Shown piece after piece: positions 40,492 through 50,235 of a stretch of 64,000 nucleotides of DNA; the first letter of the stretch is position 1, and every line of letters starts with the position of its first letter. The stretch lies in IMG/VR virus record IMGVR_UViG_3300044858_002734. One strand, 5' to 3'. Below the pieces are notes generated by a model. That model saw only the letters and a program-made list of their open reading frames with translations, did no database searches and had not been told where the DNA came from. The position numbers and the translations under genes were made by a program. The DNA comes from an uncultured virus (IMG/VR IMGVR_UViG_3300044858_002734) (taxonomy: Duplodnaviria; Heunggongvirae; Uroviricota; Caudoviricetes).

Positions 40492-41694
40492 TTACCGAAC
40501 AAAGATAGGGTAATATGCAGTAATACCCTTAGTTTTCTCAACTGTCAACATAGCTTGCTGCGGGGGTTCAAACTCATGGTTAAGCCCATTGGGACTCATA
40601 CCAAGTGTAGAACCTACAGCAAGATACCGTTTCAGGTACTCTGACGTATGCAGATGCCCGAACGCCGTCATATCAGCATGTCTAGCTTCATTCCAGATTT
40701 TGATCTGACGGTTAGCAGGGACGGCAATACCGCCTACCCCACCCTTATACCGGATACCTTCATCACCGTGCGTTAAACGCCACGTAAGGCCATTAGGATG
40801 CCTCTTATCCATGCCAAAGGCAAGGTCAATATAGCTATGGATACTTTCAGATACGTTAAAGACTAGTCGTGTTTCCCCAAGGTGCTCATAGTACCGTTCC
40901 ACATACTTGAAAATAAGCCATTCAAGACTATGCTTAGCGCGATTAGACTTACGCTTTTCCTTACCTGTAATACGGCTATGATTACCATCAACCGTGTTTA
41001 CATATACCGTAGTAAACTCACCGTGTTTCAGAATGTAGTCTAGGCTAGAGATAATCAAGTCAGTAACAAACAATGCTTCTTCCAATGGCGAACCAGCATT
41101 ACCTTCAATCTGGTCAGGCCATAGATGCCCACTCATTAGGTCGCCTAGGAAGTTTACCATTGCTACATTAATAGTAGTAAGGGTACGCCGTTCATTAGTC
41201 AACTTAACAAATGCCTTGGTAGCAGTTTCTATGCTGTCGCGGCAGATAATAGGATTGTACTCATTGAGGCCATTGACTTCCTGCTTCCGTACCTGCTCGT
41301 ATGCGTGCCAGTCTGCATAGAACATAGCAGCAAGTGATTCCGATTCATGCTTAGCAGTTGTCGGTTCAATAATAGAAGGTTCAGTAAACTGGGTTTCAAG
41401 TACTGAAATGATTGCATGGTTAGCCTTGTATTCTTCAAAGGATGCCTGAATACTAGTACGCAGTTCCTTTTCCGCTTCGTACTGTCTGCGGTAGTTACCA
41501 GTAACGGGAATAATGGGGGAAGTCGTTACAGGTGCAACCGTACCCGTTACAAAGGATGGGTTAGCGGTTTCACAATCAGGCACAGAAACCATACGACCTA
41601 CAGCATGACGGCTAAGACCAAACTGCTTAGCAACCTTACGGATACTACCACACCCTAGATAAGCCTTACACACTTGTTCAGTTAAAGTACTCAT
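40492..41694 (-). CDS. Calcineurin-like metallophosphoesterase with N-terminal HTH
   Basis: ADWH, GD, GNH, HGD, GHLH. Confidence 0.8.
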   Translation of the reverse strand: MSTLTEQVCKAYLGCGSIRKVAKQFGLSRHAVGRMVSVPDCETANPSFVTGTVAPVTTSPIIPVTGNYRRQYEAEKELRTSIQASFEEYKANHAIISVLETQFTEPSIIEPTTAKHESESLAAMFYADWHAYEQVRKQEVNGLNEYNPIICRDSIETATKAFVKLTNERRTLTTINVAMVNFLGDLMSGHLWPDQIEGNAGSPLEEALFVTDLIISSLDYILKHGEFTTVYVNTVDGNHSRITGKEKRKSNRAKHSLEWLIFKYVERYYEHLGETRLVFNVSESIHSYIDLAFGMDKRHPNGLTWRLTHGDEGIRYKGGVGGIAVPANRQIKIWNEARHADMTAFGHLHTSEYLKRYLAVGSTLGMSPNGLNHEFEPPQQAMLTVEKTKGITAYYPIFVR

Positions 41695-41918
41695 TAACTC
41701 CCTACGCATACAAGTTCAAACATCTGGTCTACGTCCATGTTCAGACTGAACAAGGTACTGCCATGATACACGCATACCGTAACGTCCATATCCGTGTTAC
41801 GGTAGATAGCGATTTCCAACTGCTTATCCGCACCATAAAACTTGATACATCGTACACGCTTATTAGACGGTAGCCGTGTCCAACCCGCAACCCAACCAGT
41901 CTTAGTATTCTTAGTCAT
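41694..41918 (-). CDS. Hypothetical protein
   Basis: ORF with AAAGG RBS. Confidence 0.55.
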   Translation of the reverse strand: MTKNTKTGWVAGWTRLPSNKRVRCIKFYGADKQLEIAIYRNTDMDVTVCVYHGSTLFSLNMDVDQMFELVCVGS

Positions 41919-41940
41919 CTATGCCTTTCAAAATTAAAGA

Positions 41941-41989
41941 GTGCAACCGTAAGGAACAAGGAGGAGGGAGGAAAACCTTACGGCTGCAC
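41941..41989 (-). terminator. Hairpin/terminator with anti-Shine-Dalgarno loop, downstream of SSB
   Basis: 14-bp stem, loop TTTTCCTCCCTCCTCCTTGTT, followed by a T-rich tail. Confidence 0.6.
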
Positions 41990-42004
41990 AGGAGAGCAAC
42001 CGAT

Positions 42005-42928
42005 TTAGAAGTCTAGGTCAGCAGCGTCATCACCGGTAACTGTAGCGGTAGTCTCTGTTACCGTAGTAGTCTTAACTGCCTTTGGCTTAGCCTTTGCAGG
42101 TTCCGCTACAGGCGCAGTTACAGGTGCAGTAACAGGTGCAGGCGCAGGCGCAGTAACAGGCGGGGCTTCAAAGTCCGCAGACCCTTCCGCTTCCGTTGCC
42201 TTGCCAATTACACCATCCATAACCCGCTGAATTTCCTCGGCTGACATATCAGTAAGGAGAGCGTCAAGGTCTTCCGCCTTATCCAAGATTTCTTTTGGAA
42301 TAGCATTAGCCTTTACAAACTTAACTGACCCAAGTTTGACACTCTTACCAATATCACCCTTGTCAAAGCGGCAGGACAGCATTGTGCCACCTACACCAGG
42401 ATTAACAAAGTTTTCAGACCCATCCTTAACATTCTCAGGGTCATTGACTTCCTTAAGCAGAATCTTACCAAAGTAATGCGTAGACACATCCACAATCTTC
42501 ATTGTCTTATCATTGTGGTCATACACATTAAACAGTTCCCGCTCCTTCTTAGATAGTGCTTTCAGAACCTTGTCATCCACACCCTCGGCACGCAGCTTAG
42601 ACACTAGCGCACACACTGGGCAAGGCTTACCAAAGTTACCCATAAGGCAAGGCACGCGGATTTCCTGCCCTGTAGGGCCAACGCGATGCTGCCAGTAACG
42701 CCGCTTGTACCACTGTGCGCCAATCTCCTCGCAATCAGGATTGTTACGGGGGTTAGTTACGACATACGGAACAATACGGATGTTAGTGCGCTGACCGTCA
42801 GGTGGGGTAATGGCAATCTTGAGGGTAGGTGTACCCTTCTTTGCCTTCCACGCCTTGTTATACATCGTTGAACCGCCACCCTCTAGCTGCGCCTTCGCAG
42901 AAGCCTTCATTCGCTCCATGATAGTCAT
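42005..42928 (-). CDS. ssDNA-binding protein (T4 gp32-like)
   Basis: IRIVP, H..G....C......CPVC zinc site, acidic tail DDAADLDF. Confidence 0.8.
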   Translation of the reverse strand: MTIMERMKASAKAQLEGGGSTMYNKAWKAKKGTPTLKIAITPPDGQRTNIRIVPYVVTNPRNNPDCEEIGAQWYKRRYWQHRVGPTGQEIRVPCLMGNFGKPCPVCALVSKLRAEGVDDKVLKALSKKERELFNVYDHNDKTMKIVDVSTHYFGKILLKEVNDPENVKDGSENFVNPGVGGTMLSCRFDKGDIGKSVKLGSVKFVKANAIPKEILDKAEDLDALLTDMSAEEIQRVMDGVIGKATEAEGSADFEAPPVTAPAPAPVTAPVTAPVAEPAKAKPKAVKTTTVTETTATVTGDDAADLDF

Positions 42929-43140
42929 AGTATTAGCCTTTGTTGTTGTTTGTGTTATGTGAGATTATAGTTTATCTGCAGTAATTTCATCAACCTTAAT
43001 TAAAGTATTAAGGATAGCGAGCAATTCACTACATGCAACGTCTAGTTCCTGCTCCGCTTGGGTAGCTTCTGCTTTCTTGGTGGTGTAATTCGTATATGCA
43101 GTTGTATACTTAATTTTCGCTTCTTGTAGTTTTGTCATAT

Positions 43141-43434
43141 TCATCCTTCTGGTAACTGATTTATTTTATTAGTAAACTCAATACACTTACGACGGTAATA
43201 TGGTGTTATGCGCCGCATAGCATCACATAATTTACATGAGCAAAACTCTTTGCCCGTCGCGCCACATGGATGTATATACATCCCCCCATACCCATAAGCA
43301 CGGGTATCACCCCCACCGGCCATACTACATAATCCGTGCATATCTAACCATGTTTCATCACACCGTTTTAATAGCCGCTGGAGAGTAGCTTCGTTTTTTA
43401 CATCCTGTGCCCTTGGTTTCTTTGCGATTGGCAT
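43141..43434 (-). CDS. Hypothetical Cys-containing protein
   Basis: ORF in operon. Confidence 0.5.
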   Translation of the reverse strand: MPIAKKPRAQDVKNEATLQRLLKRCDETWLDMHGLCSMAGGGDTRAYGYGGMYIHPCGATGKEFCSCKLCDAMRRITPYYRRKCIEFTNKINQLPEG

Positions 43435-43442
43435 ATTGCCCC

Positions 43443-43985
43443 TTATAGTTTATCTTCTTTGTTCTTAGTTGAGTATTCCGGCGATGGGGTATTGTTGACT
43501 GCAAAGTCAGTGATACCAGCCATACGTGCTTTCATCAGTGATTCTAGCATTGAACGCTTCTGGTCAATAGCATAGGTAGTCTGTGCTACCATCTTACGCA
43601 TAGCAGCAATACCAAGTTGATCCTTAATAGCTGCCTTGTACTGCGGATGTGAACGGTAAACCGCTTCCACAATCTGCATGTTACGGTGACGGCAGTTTTC
43701 TAGGAACGCCTTTGGGTTATCCTCGAAGGCAATAACGATTTTACTGCGGATAGCCTTAGCGCGTTCATCAGCAAGGAACTCAAGGTGTTCTAGCCGTGCG
43801 ATTAGTGCAGCATACTTAGCAGATACTTCCGGTAACTTGATACACTGGTTGACAATATCACCAGCAATCTGCAAGTCACGCTTAATCTCTGCTTCAAGTG
43901 CTAGAAAGTCCGGATCAGCAACTTCCGTGTATTTGTTTAGTGAGTCAATTTCAGAAATAGTGGGCATTGTAGATGCAAGTGACAT
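43443..43985 (-). CDS. UvsY-like recombination mediator
   Basis: Helical; EA.....P.Y and QKRSML..L pattern; near SSB and RecA. Confidence 0.55.
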   Translation of the reverse strand: MSLASTMPTISEIDSLNKYTEVADPDFLALEAEIKRDLQIAGDIVNQCIKLPEVSAKYAALIARLEHLEFLADERAKAIRSKIVIAFEDNPKAFLENCRHRNMQIVEAVYRSHPQYKAAIKDQLGIAAMRKMVAQTTYAIDQKRSMLESLMKARMAGITDFAVNNTPSPEYSTKNKEDKL

Positions 43986-44028
43986 AATTTGTAACCTTTT
44001 TGGTGTCGTAAGTGATACCCGTCATAAA

Positions 44029-44054
44029 GATAACGATTTTCGGGACGTGACCTT
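44029..44054 (-). promoter_or_regulatory. Phage-specific motif copy 1 (plus strand GATAACGATTTTCG-N6-SACCTT)
   Basis: Three copies with identical spacing, each upstream of a leftward gene. Confidence 0.7.
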
Positions 44055-44393
44055 GCGATTTATTTTGTTTCTTTCATATTATTTCCACACTTCAAAGTAC
44101 GAATATCCTCTTCTATTTGTTCAATACGTCTACATAGATGGTAGACGCAACAGAATAGCATAATAAGTAACATGGGTGTCATACTTACCCTTCACTCTTT
44201 GGTACACCACGATAAGTATGTATAAGTGTTTGAATATCTTTTACACATTCCTTAACACGGTTATCCGCACGGTCATTAGCCCATTGCTGTGTGCAATCTG
44301 CACCACCCGGTCTACCACAGCTTCTGCGCCAACGCCTTGCGATTACTCCAAGGTCATCCAATAAACTACTACATGCTACTGACTCATCCATAC

Positions 44394-45305
44394 TTATCCT
44401 TTCAAATCCATCCATGCACGATAGCAAGACAACACTAACCCTACATTACCTGTATCATAGTAGTTACGTTCAAAATGGGTAGCTACAATGACGGCAGGCG
44501 CACTATCCTTCTTAAGTAATACTGCACGCATATAACCTAGTACCGCACGCCTAACTGCTTCCGGTTCAACAGTTAGTGTAGAAAGTACGTTAGCAATAGT
44601 CATCCATTCAGACTTCTTGATTAGTAATCGGCACAAGTCAATGGCAAAGGTTTCAGCTAAATCGGCGTATCCTGCTACCTTTAGTTGTTCATCTTCCGGT
44701 AGACCGATCACCTTTTCAAGCATGGTTAATGCGCGTCTAGGTGAACCATAAGCAGACTTGGCAATATGTTCAATCACCGCATCTGTAATAGTGATCTGCT
44801 CTTTATCACATACCGACTTAGTAAGAATAGCAATAGCCGCGTCACTAATAGACTCAACCTGAATGATAATCATTCTAGTCTTAAGTGCAGCATTAATTTT
44901 AGAGGCATCTGTAGTTGTAAAGAACAGGTAAGTATGTTCAGGACAATTCTCTGTGGGTTTTAGCAGTGCCTCTTGTGCTTCTTGGGTCAGGCGGTGGCTC
45001 TCTTCAAAGATGTATGCCTGTGTGCCTTGCAGTGGCATGTACTGTAATGCTGCTGCAAAATCACGTACTGCGTCAATGCCTCTGTAATCCGCACTATTCT
45101 GTTCAATAATGTTCTTACAGCCAAACTCCTTAGCCATAATGTATGCCAGTGTGGTTTTACCACATCCTGCTGGCCCTACAAACAGAAAGGTATGCGGACG
45201 AGATTCAACAGGCTTAGCAATGATACTTTTAAGGGTTTCCTTGCTATTATGATTGCCTAGAATCCCGTCTAATGTAGTCTCACGATATTTACGGTATAGT
45301 TCCAT
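44394..45305 (-). CDS. Clamp loader subunit (DnaX/RFC-like AAA+)
   Basis: LYRKYR, GPAGCGKTT, EESH.LT.EAQ.ALLK..E, GSPR.AL. Confidence 0.88.
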   Translation of the reverse strand: MELYRKYRETTLDGILGNHNSKETLKSIIAKPVESRPHTFLFVGPAGCGKTTLAYIMAKEFGCKNIIEQNSADYRGIDAVRDFAAALQYMPLQGTQAYIFEESHRLTQEAQEALLKPTENCPEHTYLFFTTTDASKINAALKTRMIIIQVESISDAAIAILTKSVCDKEQITITDAVIEHIAKSAYGSPRRALTMLEKVIGLPEDEQLKVAGYADLAETFAIDLCRLLIKKSEWMTIANVLSTLTVEPEAVRRAVLGYMRAVLLKKDSAPAVIVATHFERNYYDTGNVGLVLSCYRAWMDLKG

Positions 45306-45307
45306 AG

Positions 45308-45469
45308 TTACTCCTTGCTATCCATGCAACACTTCTTCCACTTCTTGCCACTATTACAAGGGCAAGGGTCATTACGCCCTACCTTATCGTATGCTCGTAG
45401 TAACGGAGCCATGTGACACTTTGCGCGTACCATTTTCATATTCCTGCGTTCTTCTCTGCTAATGTTCAT
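45308..45469 (-). CDS. 53-aa SEC-C metal-binding motif protein
   Basis: Hand translation: ...[25 protein letters not shown]; below the ORF-track length cutoff. Confidence 0.85.
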   Translation of the reverse strand: MNISREERRNMKMVRAKCHMAPLLRAYDKVGRNDPCPCNSGKKWKKCCMDSKE

Positions 45470-45477
45470 AGTAGTCC

Positions 45478-45819
45478 TTAACGTGATACACTAATTGTTG
45501 CTTCCGGTGTTTCCTCACACGCTGCAAGGTATCTCTCTAGCCACGGTACAAACTGTTCATACGTCCCCCATCCATTGCTTGCGTCATGTATCTTGAACCG
45601 TTTAGGGTCATCTTTCATGTCAGCAATCGCCTTGCGGAGCGGTGCGATTAACTGCCCTGCTGTAGTGATTCCGTTTTCTTCAGGACGCCAAACGATGCCA
45701 TAGATACCCGCTTCGGCTGCCATCTTATTCAGGTTATGTGTAATGTTTGCGGAGAAACCTTCATCTGAACGCCCACAGTGCGGACATTTATTCGGGTGTA
45801 GTGTTACATCTAAACTCAT
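45478..45819 (-). CDS. Conserved phage hypothetical protein
   Basis: NITHNL..MA.EAGIY..WRPEE, NGWG.YE. Confidence 0.75.
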   Translation of the reverse strand: MSLDVTLHPNKCPHCGRSDEGFSANITHNLNKMAAEAGIYGIVWRPEENGITTAGQLIAPLRKAIADMKDDPKRFKIHDASNGWGTYEQFVPWLERYLAACEETPEATISVSR

Positions 45820-46569
45820 TTACAACCTCGCTATATCATTGCTAACTAAATCACGGTCTACAAACCGGACGTACTCATAACCACTTTGCGCCATACTACC
45901 TTTTAGACTAAGGTATTCAATCGTACCACCAATCACATACTCACGCCTATCCCATATCGCTTTAGCATCTAACTTGAAGTCACAAACAACTATATCGCCC
46001 TTATCAGGTGTATTGACAATAAGGCTTTTAATCCAGTCATCCCCTACCACTTCCTTCACTACTCCGGTACATATTTCCCTAAATTCGTACTCTAACCATG
46101 CTTGCTGCAGTAGTGCCACATGACTTTGATAATAAAGGGAAGTCGGGCAGCGAAAGTAAACAGTTTTGTTATGTTTAGCTAACTGGTCTACGTCGCTTTC
46201 CTTGTTTAGTACCGTGATAGCAGGTAACTGTATGCCGTCTAGCCCTTCTATCTCCTTGCCTAGTGTAAAAATCCTAGACAGTAAGTTAGCATTATATGTA
46301 AAAGGATTAACTAAGTCATAGGCATAGAAAGTACCGTTGCTTAGTATACCGTCTACGCCTATCGGCAAGTATTCCTCTAGGTACGCCCTATTAGGTGCTA
46401 CTAATGGCAACCGCTTATCCGTAAGCATCTTGCCACCATTATTGTAACACCGTGTACCACCATGATAGGCAAACGCTAAAGTAGGAAACACAACGGTATT
46501 CAGTGACTTAACACTGATGATAGCCATTGGATGCCTAAGATAGAGTTTAGTTCTAGGCTTCATTAGCAA
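45820..46569 (-). CDS. ATP-dependent DNA ligase-like protein, apparently inactive
   Basis: FPTLAFAYHGGTRC aligns with motif I (KxDGxR) but lacks the Lys; DGIL, FYAYDL, R.P.SLY. Confidence 0.55.
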   Translation of the reverse strand: MLMKPRTKLYLRHPMAIISVKSLNTVVFPTLAFAYHGGTRCYNNGGKMLTDKRLPLVAPNRAYLEEYLPIGVDGILSNGTFYAYDLVNPFTYNANLLSRIFTLGKEIEGLDGIQLPAITVLNKESDVDQLAKHNKTVYFRCPTSLYYQSHVALLQQAWLEYEFREICTGVVKEVVGDDWIKSLIVNTPDKGDIVVCDFKLDAKAIWDRREYVIGGTIEYLSLKGSMAQSGYEYVRFVDRDLVSNDIARL

Positions 46570-46728
46570 ATAGCACTTCGTCTAGCGTCTCTACCTCTTT
46601 GCACAAATCACGCCATAGCTTAGTCTCTAGTGGCGTGATAAGATCAGTACCCTTAGTACGGGATGCCCATTCACGTTCAGCATTAATGGCACGAATAAGC
46701 CTATTGATTTCATACATTTCTTGCATAC

Positions 46729-46995
46729 TTACTCGATTCCTAATGTGGAGCAGATGGTACGGAAGTCTGTTAGTGTAAGGTTATTATCCGGATCAACAGC
46801 AAAGTGCATATAGATTGCATCCGCATCACCAACAAAGGTATGTGTGCCAAGAATGGCTACCAGTTTTTTCTTAATGGTCTGCGGTAATGCCCCTGTTGCA
46901 GGTACAGGTGCTGTAGACGTACTTAGTGGATTCGCCAACCGTTCAACGCGATCCAGTAACGAATTAAACATGTCATTGTTAATAGTTGTATCCAT
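46729..46995 (-). CDS. Hypothetical protein
   Basis: ORF abutting pol. Confidence 0.6.
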   Translation of the reverse strand: MDTTINNDMFNSLLDRVERLANPLSTSTAPVPATGALPQTIKKKLVAILGTHTFVGDADAIYMHFAVDPDNNLTLTDFRTICSTLGIE

Positions 46996-46997
46996 AA

Positions 46998-49529
46998 TTA
47001 TCCTTTATACTCCTTCTTTTCAAACCATGATTTACCGGGTGGCGATACTTCAAACTCCAATTCGATAGGTACGATAATCCAGTCCCATACCTTACGGAGT
47101 CTATTGATACCGTCAATGAACAACTGACTATATGCTGCTACATCGTCAGGATGCACTACACCTACTACGCTATCATGAATCTGCAGGAACAACTTGGCAC
47201 GGATGCCCGATTCCTTTAACTTAGATAGCACGTAACAGCATAACCACAGGTTAATGTGTCCACTGTCCCCCTGAATAGGCGTATTGATAGCTTGATTTCT
47301 TGATAGCGGCCCCGGTCGCCTGTACCCAGTATACAAGTCTACGAAACCAAGTTGCAAATAACTGTCCCATTGCCGTTCCTTCCATCGTTGATAACCGGGA
47401 AACTGCGTATTCCACATGTAATCATCGGTTATCTGCGCTAACCTAGTAAAGTCCTCTACAGTAGTAACACCTAAGTCAGATAGGTGGGTAAGCACAGGCT
47501 TATCATCTAGCAACTTAGGTTCCTGCAAGTGTAACTGCCGCCAGATAAGTGGCCCAGTCAACTTCCAATAACTACCATAGAATGAACCGAAAGTGTAACC
47601 CTTAGTAATGCTCCGTAAATCCTTACTGATTAATGCTTTATCAATGTTATATAGGTGTTCCCCTAGATCACGGTGCATATCTAGTTTAGGGTTAGATACG
47701 TATGCAATCAAATTAGGGTCTTTAGTATGGCAAGCTGCACCAGCTACTTCACAGCCCTTCAAGTCCGCTTCTACAATACACCAATCAGGATTCTGCGGAA
47801 TAAACAAGTCACGGATGTATTTAGCATACTCTTTATCAGTTTTGCTGATGTTTTGCAGGTTAGGCTTAGTACAGGAAGTCCTGAATGTGCGTGTTGAGTT
47901 TAACTGCATCTCGCAATGCAGTAAGCCCTTCTCGTCTAGCTCCCTGTTAATCTGTGCATAGTAGGTACCTATAATCTTGTTAAACTTCTTGACTCTGATA
48001 TATGAGTCTAGTCCTTCAATAGCTAAGTCAGTAAGTGCCTCTTCATCTACCGCCTCTTTCTTCTTATCAGTAAACTTGATAGCAGTATTACCTAGCACAT
48101 TGAACAGGATATGCCGTAACTGTACGTCAGACCCTAGATCAGTTGTATGCAGGAATATGTTATACCATTCCTTATAAATAGGTGTGGTTTTGAATAGCGC
48201 AATCGCCTCTTCCCGTTTAGCTTCAATTTCAGGCAGGTAAACCCCAATTAACGCCTTGTCAATGGCAATGCCGTTGCCTTCCATTACGCTAAAGGCACGC
48301 GCTACCTTAGTAAAGAACTCCACCCCATAATCAAAGCCCCGTCCTAGTGTGTTTCTGCGCGAGCAAAGGGTATCACGTTGTTTAAGGTACAAGTCGTATG
48401 TTAAGTACGAATCAATACCGCAATAAGTATATAACAGTTGCTTATCACATTTACCAATACGGTTGAAGTCGTTAGAGTTTTCTGCCTCTAGGTAATGGTT
48501 TACACCCCTGCTATAATCGTCTACACCAAACTGTAGCAAGGCTTGAAACTTTAGGCCACTGGCACTATTAGGATTAACGCAATGCGCCCCAATACAAGTA
48601 TCCCAAATCCAACCCTTTACAGCAACCTTAGCTAGTTTCCGTGTCCATCTATCTTCCATCTTGAGATTGTGAGCAATCTTCTTAATGGATTCGTCACCTA
48701 ATACCTGTTTCCACTTATCGGCTACTGCATCATTGTACTCAAACACTACTGCGTAGTTATCAATATCAGTACGTACAGATACACATACTATTTCATGCCC
48801 CGCATTATCAGGCTTTAGCCCTGTTGTTTCGTAGTCAAAAGCTATAACACTGCCTTCATGCAGACGGTCTAGGTAAAATAGTGCCTGCTTATCGGTGAGT
48901 ATCTTTACCCTGCCCTTTAGGTTACTGTAATCAGGCCACAGCGTAACTGGTACTGCCTGTGCTAGGTCTTGTTCGATGTAACGCCACAGTACCCCTGATT
49001 CATCACCGGCAGAAGGTGACATTAAGGGGTATGTGCAAATAACACGGGTATGTAATGTCTGATCTGGCGTTACTGTACCACGCCACATTTCAACGGTGCA
49101 TCCCTTGTCAGACCGATTACTATAGATAGCGGAAATTGCTGGTGAACCAAAAAGGATAGTGTAATCGGGTTTCAGTTCCTTAATGGTTTGATAAAGGTTA
49201 TAGGCACAACACTCTGCACCATGTACTAGGTTAGCGTAACTGATAGGTTCTTTTGCAACGGCGCAATGAGCTACAGGAACATAGTAGACGGTGTAACTAG
49301 GTAGTAAATCTAGGATAGGCTTAATGAAGTCCGCATTGACTGGAATCTTCATCATGTTTGCATAGTCAGATACCGCACCCCCAACAAGTAAAACTGTCTG
49401 ATTTCCCTCTTGAAGTTTATACGGCTGGTCGTACTTCGTACCAATATTGCTTAAGGGACACTTCGGGCAATGTGGTTTTGAAGGGACACTAGTTTGTGTT
49501 GCCGCAATATCAAAAAGGAAATCAGACAT
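46998..49529 (-). CDS. polA: Family A DNA polymerase with N-terminal UDG-like domain and 3'-5' exonuclease
   Basis: CPKCPL...WRG...TYP; FDYETTGL, HNLK; PNLQN, EAD...EV, R...K...FG..YG, NTPIQG, QIHDS. Confidence 0.92.
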   Translation of the reverse strand: MSDFLFDIAATQTSVPSKPHCPKCPLSNIGTKYDQPYKLQEGNQTVLLVGGAVSDYANMMKIPVNADFIKPILDLLPSYTVYYVPVAHCAVAKEPISYANLVHGAECCAYNLYQTIKELKPDYTILFGSPAISAIYSNRSDKGCTVEMWRGTVTPDQTLHTRVICTYPLMSPSAGDESGVLWRYIEQDLAQAVPVTLWPDYSNLKGRVKILTDKQALFYLDRLHEGSVIAFDYETTGLKPDNAGHEIVCVSVRTDIDNYAVVFEYNDAVADKWKQVLGDESIKKIAHNLKMEDRWTRKLAKVAVKGWIWDTCIGAHCVNPNSASGLKFQALLQFGVDDYSRGVNHYLEAENSNDFNRIGKCDKQLLYTYCGIDSYLTYDLYLKQRDTLCSRRNTLGRGFDYGVEFFTKVARAFSVMEGNGIAIDKALIGVYLPEIEAKREEAIALFKTTPIYKEWYNIFLHTTDLGSDVQLRHILFNVLGNTAIKFTDKKKEAVDEEALTDLAIEGLDSYIRVKKFNKIIGTYYAQINRELDEKGLLHCEMQLNSTRTFRTSCTKPNLQNISKTDKEYAKYIRDLFIPQNPDWCIVEADLKGCEVAGAACHTKDPNLIAYVSNPKLDMHRDLGEHLYNIDKALISKDLRSITKGYTFGSFYGSYWKLTGPLIWRQLHLQEPKLLDDKPVLTHLSDLGVTTVEDFTRLAQITDDYMWNTQFPGYQRWKERQWDSYLQLGFVDLYTGYRRPGPLSRNQAINTPIQGDSGHINLWLCCYVLSKLKESGIRAKLFLQIHDSVVGVVHPDDVAAYSQLFIDGINRLRKVWDWIIVPIELEFEVSPPGKSWFEKKEYKG

Positions 49530-49534
49530 GGGAA

Positions 49535-49861
49535 TTACCTGCTCTTTGTTGAACCTACCATAGCCCAACTATACATATTAGCTTCTGCTCGTCTACCAGC
49601 TGTATAAGCCGCTTCAATAGCAGCATCAAATTCAGCCTGACTCATAGCATAGAAATCAATGGTATGTATCTCATTGTATTTCATTTTATCTGTAGTAACC
49701 TTAACAAAGCCGCCTGATACTAGCGCATCAGCAGTATCTCTAATCAGGTTTCTTTCTACTTCTTCCCTAAATAATTTGGGGTTTCTATATGACTCTGCAC
49801 AAGCGCATGCAGTTATGTAACTGCCCATAATACGTCTGCCGGGTGGCTGTAACGAAAACAT
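49535..49861 (-). CDS. Hypothetical protein
   Basis: ORF with AAGGA RBS. Confidence 0.6.
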   Translation of the reverse strand: MFSLQPPGRRIMGSYITACACAESYRNPKLFREEVERNLIRDTADALVSGGFVKVTTDKMKYNEIHTIDFYAMSQAEFDAAIEAAYTAGRRAEANMYSWAMVGSTKSR

Positions 49862-49875
49862 AAGTATCCTTAGTA

Positions 49876-49996
49876 TGGTGGGTGATCACGGCGGCGGTTG
49901 CTCAGGCCCATCGCTTACCGACTACCACAGACAGATTACTTTCCAGAGTGACTTCTTGCTCCAGATAACTGCCCATCGTCTGACCGTGATCATCCC
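49876..49996 (-). ncRNA. Unknown structured RNA ending in stem+ACCA
   Basis: GGGATGATCACGG/CCGTGATCACCC closing helix, internal hairpins, 3' ACCA. Confidence 0.6.
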
Positions 49997-50001
49997 ATAG
50001 A

Positions 50002-50220
50002 TTACTTGCTAAAACTAGTACTCTTAAACAGCATACCGGATAGGAACGCAATACCCCAACCCTGTAGATAGGTGATATGCGGTGTGATAACTGCGGACTT
50101 GATCAGAACAGGCACAAGCCAATTCCACATTAGTGACACAATCCAACCAGTTAGTAACGAGAAGCCAGCAACAACAAACAGTCCAGCAAACAAAACAGAT
50201 AATCCAGTAATAATTTTCAT
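50002..50220 (-). CDS. Small membrane protein
   Basis: Hydrophobic; WNWLVP...ITYLQ.WG. Confidence 0.7.
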   Translation of the reverse strand: MKIITGLSVLFAGLFVVAGFSLLTGWIVSLMWNWLVPVLIKSAVITPHITYLQGWGIAFLSGMLFKSTSFSK

Positions 50221-50235
50221 AGTATTCCTTCTAAA

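Noticed and set aside
49876..49996. tmRNA, SRP RNA or 6S RNA
   Set aside because: No T-arm or tag ORF, no SRP GGAA/AGCAG motif, and too short and branched for 6S
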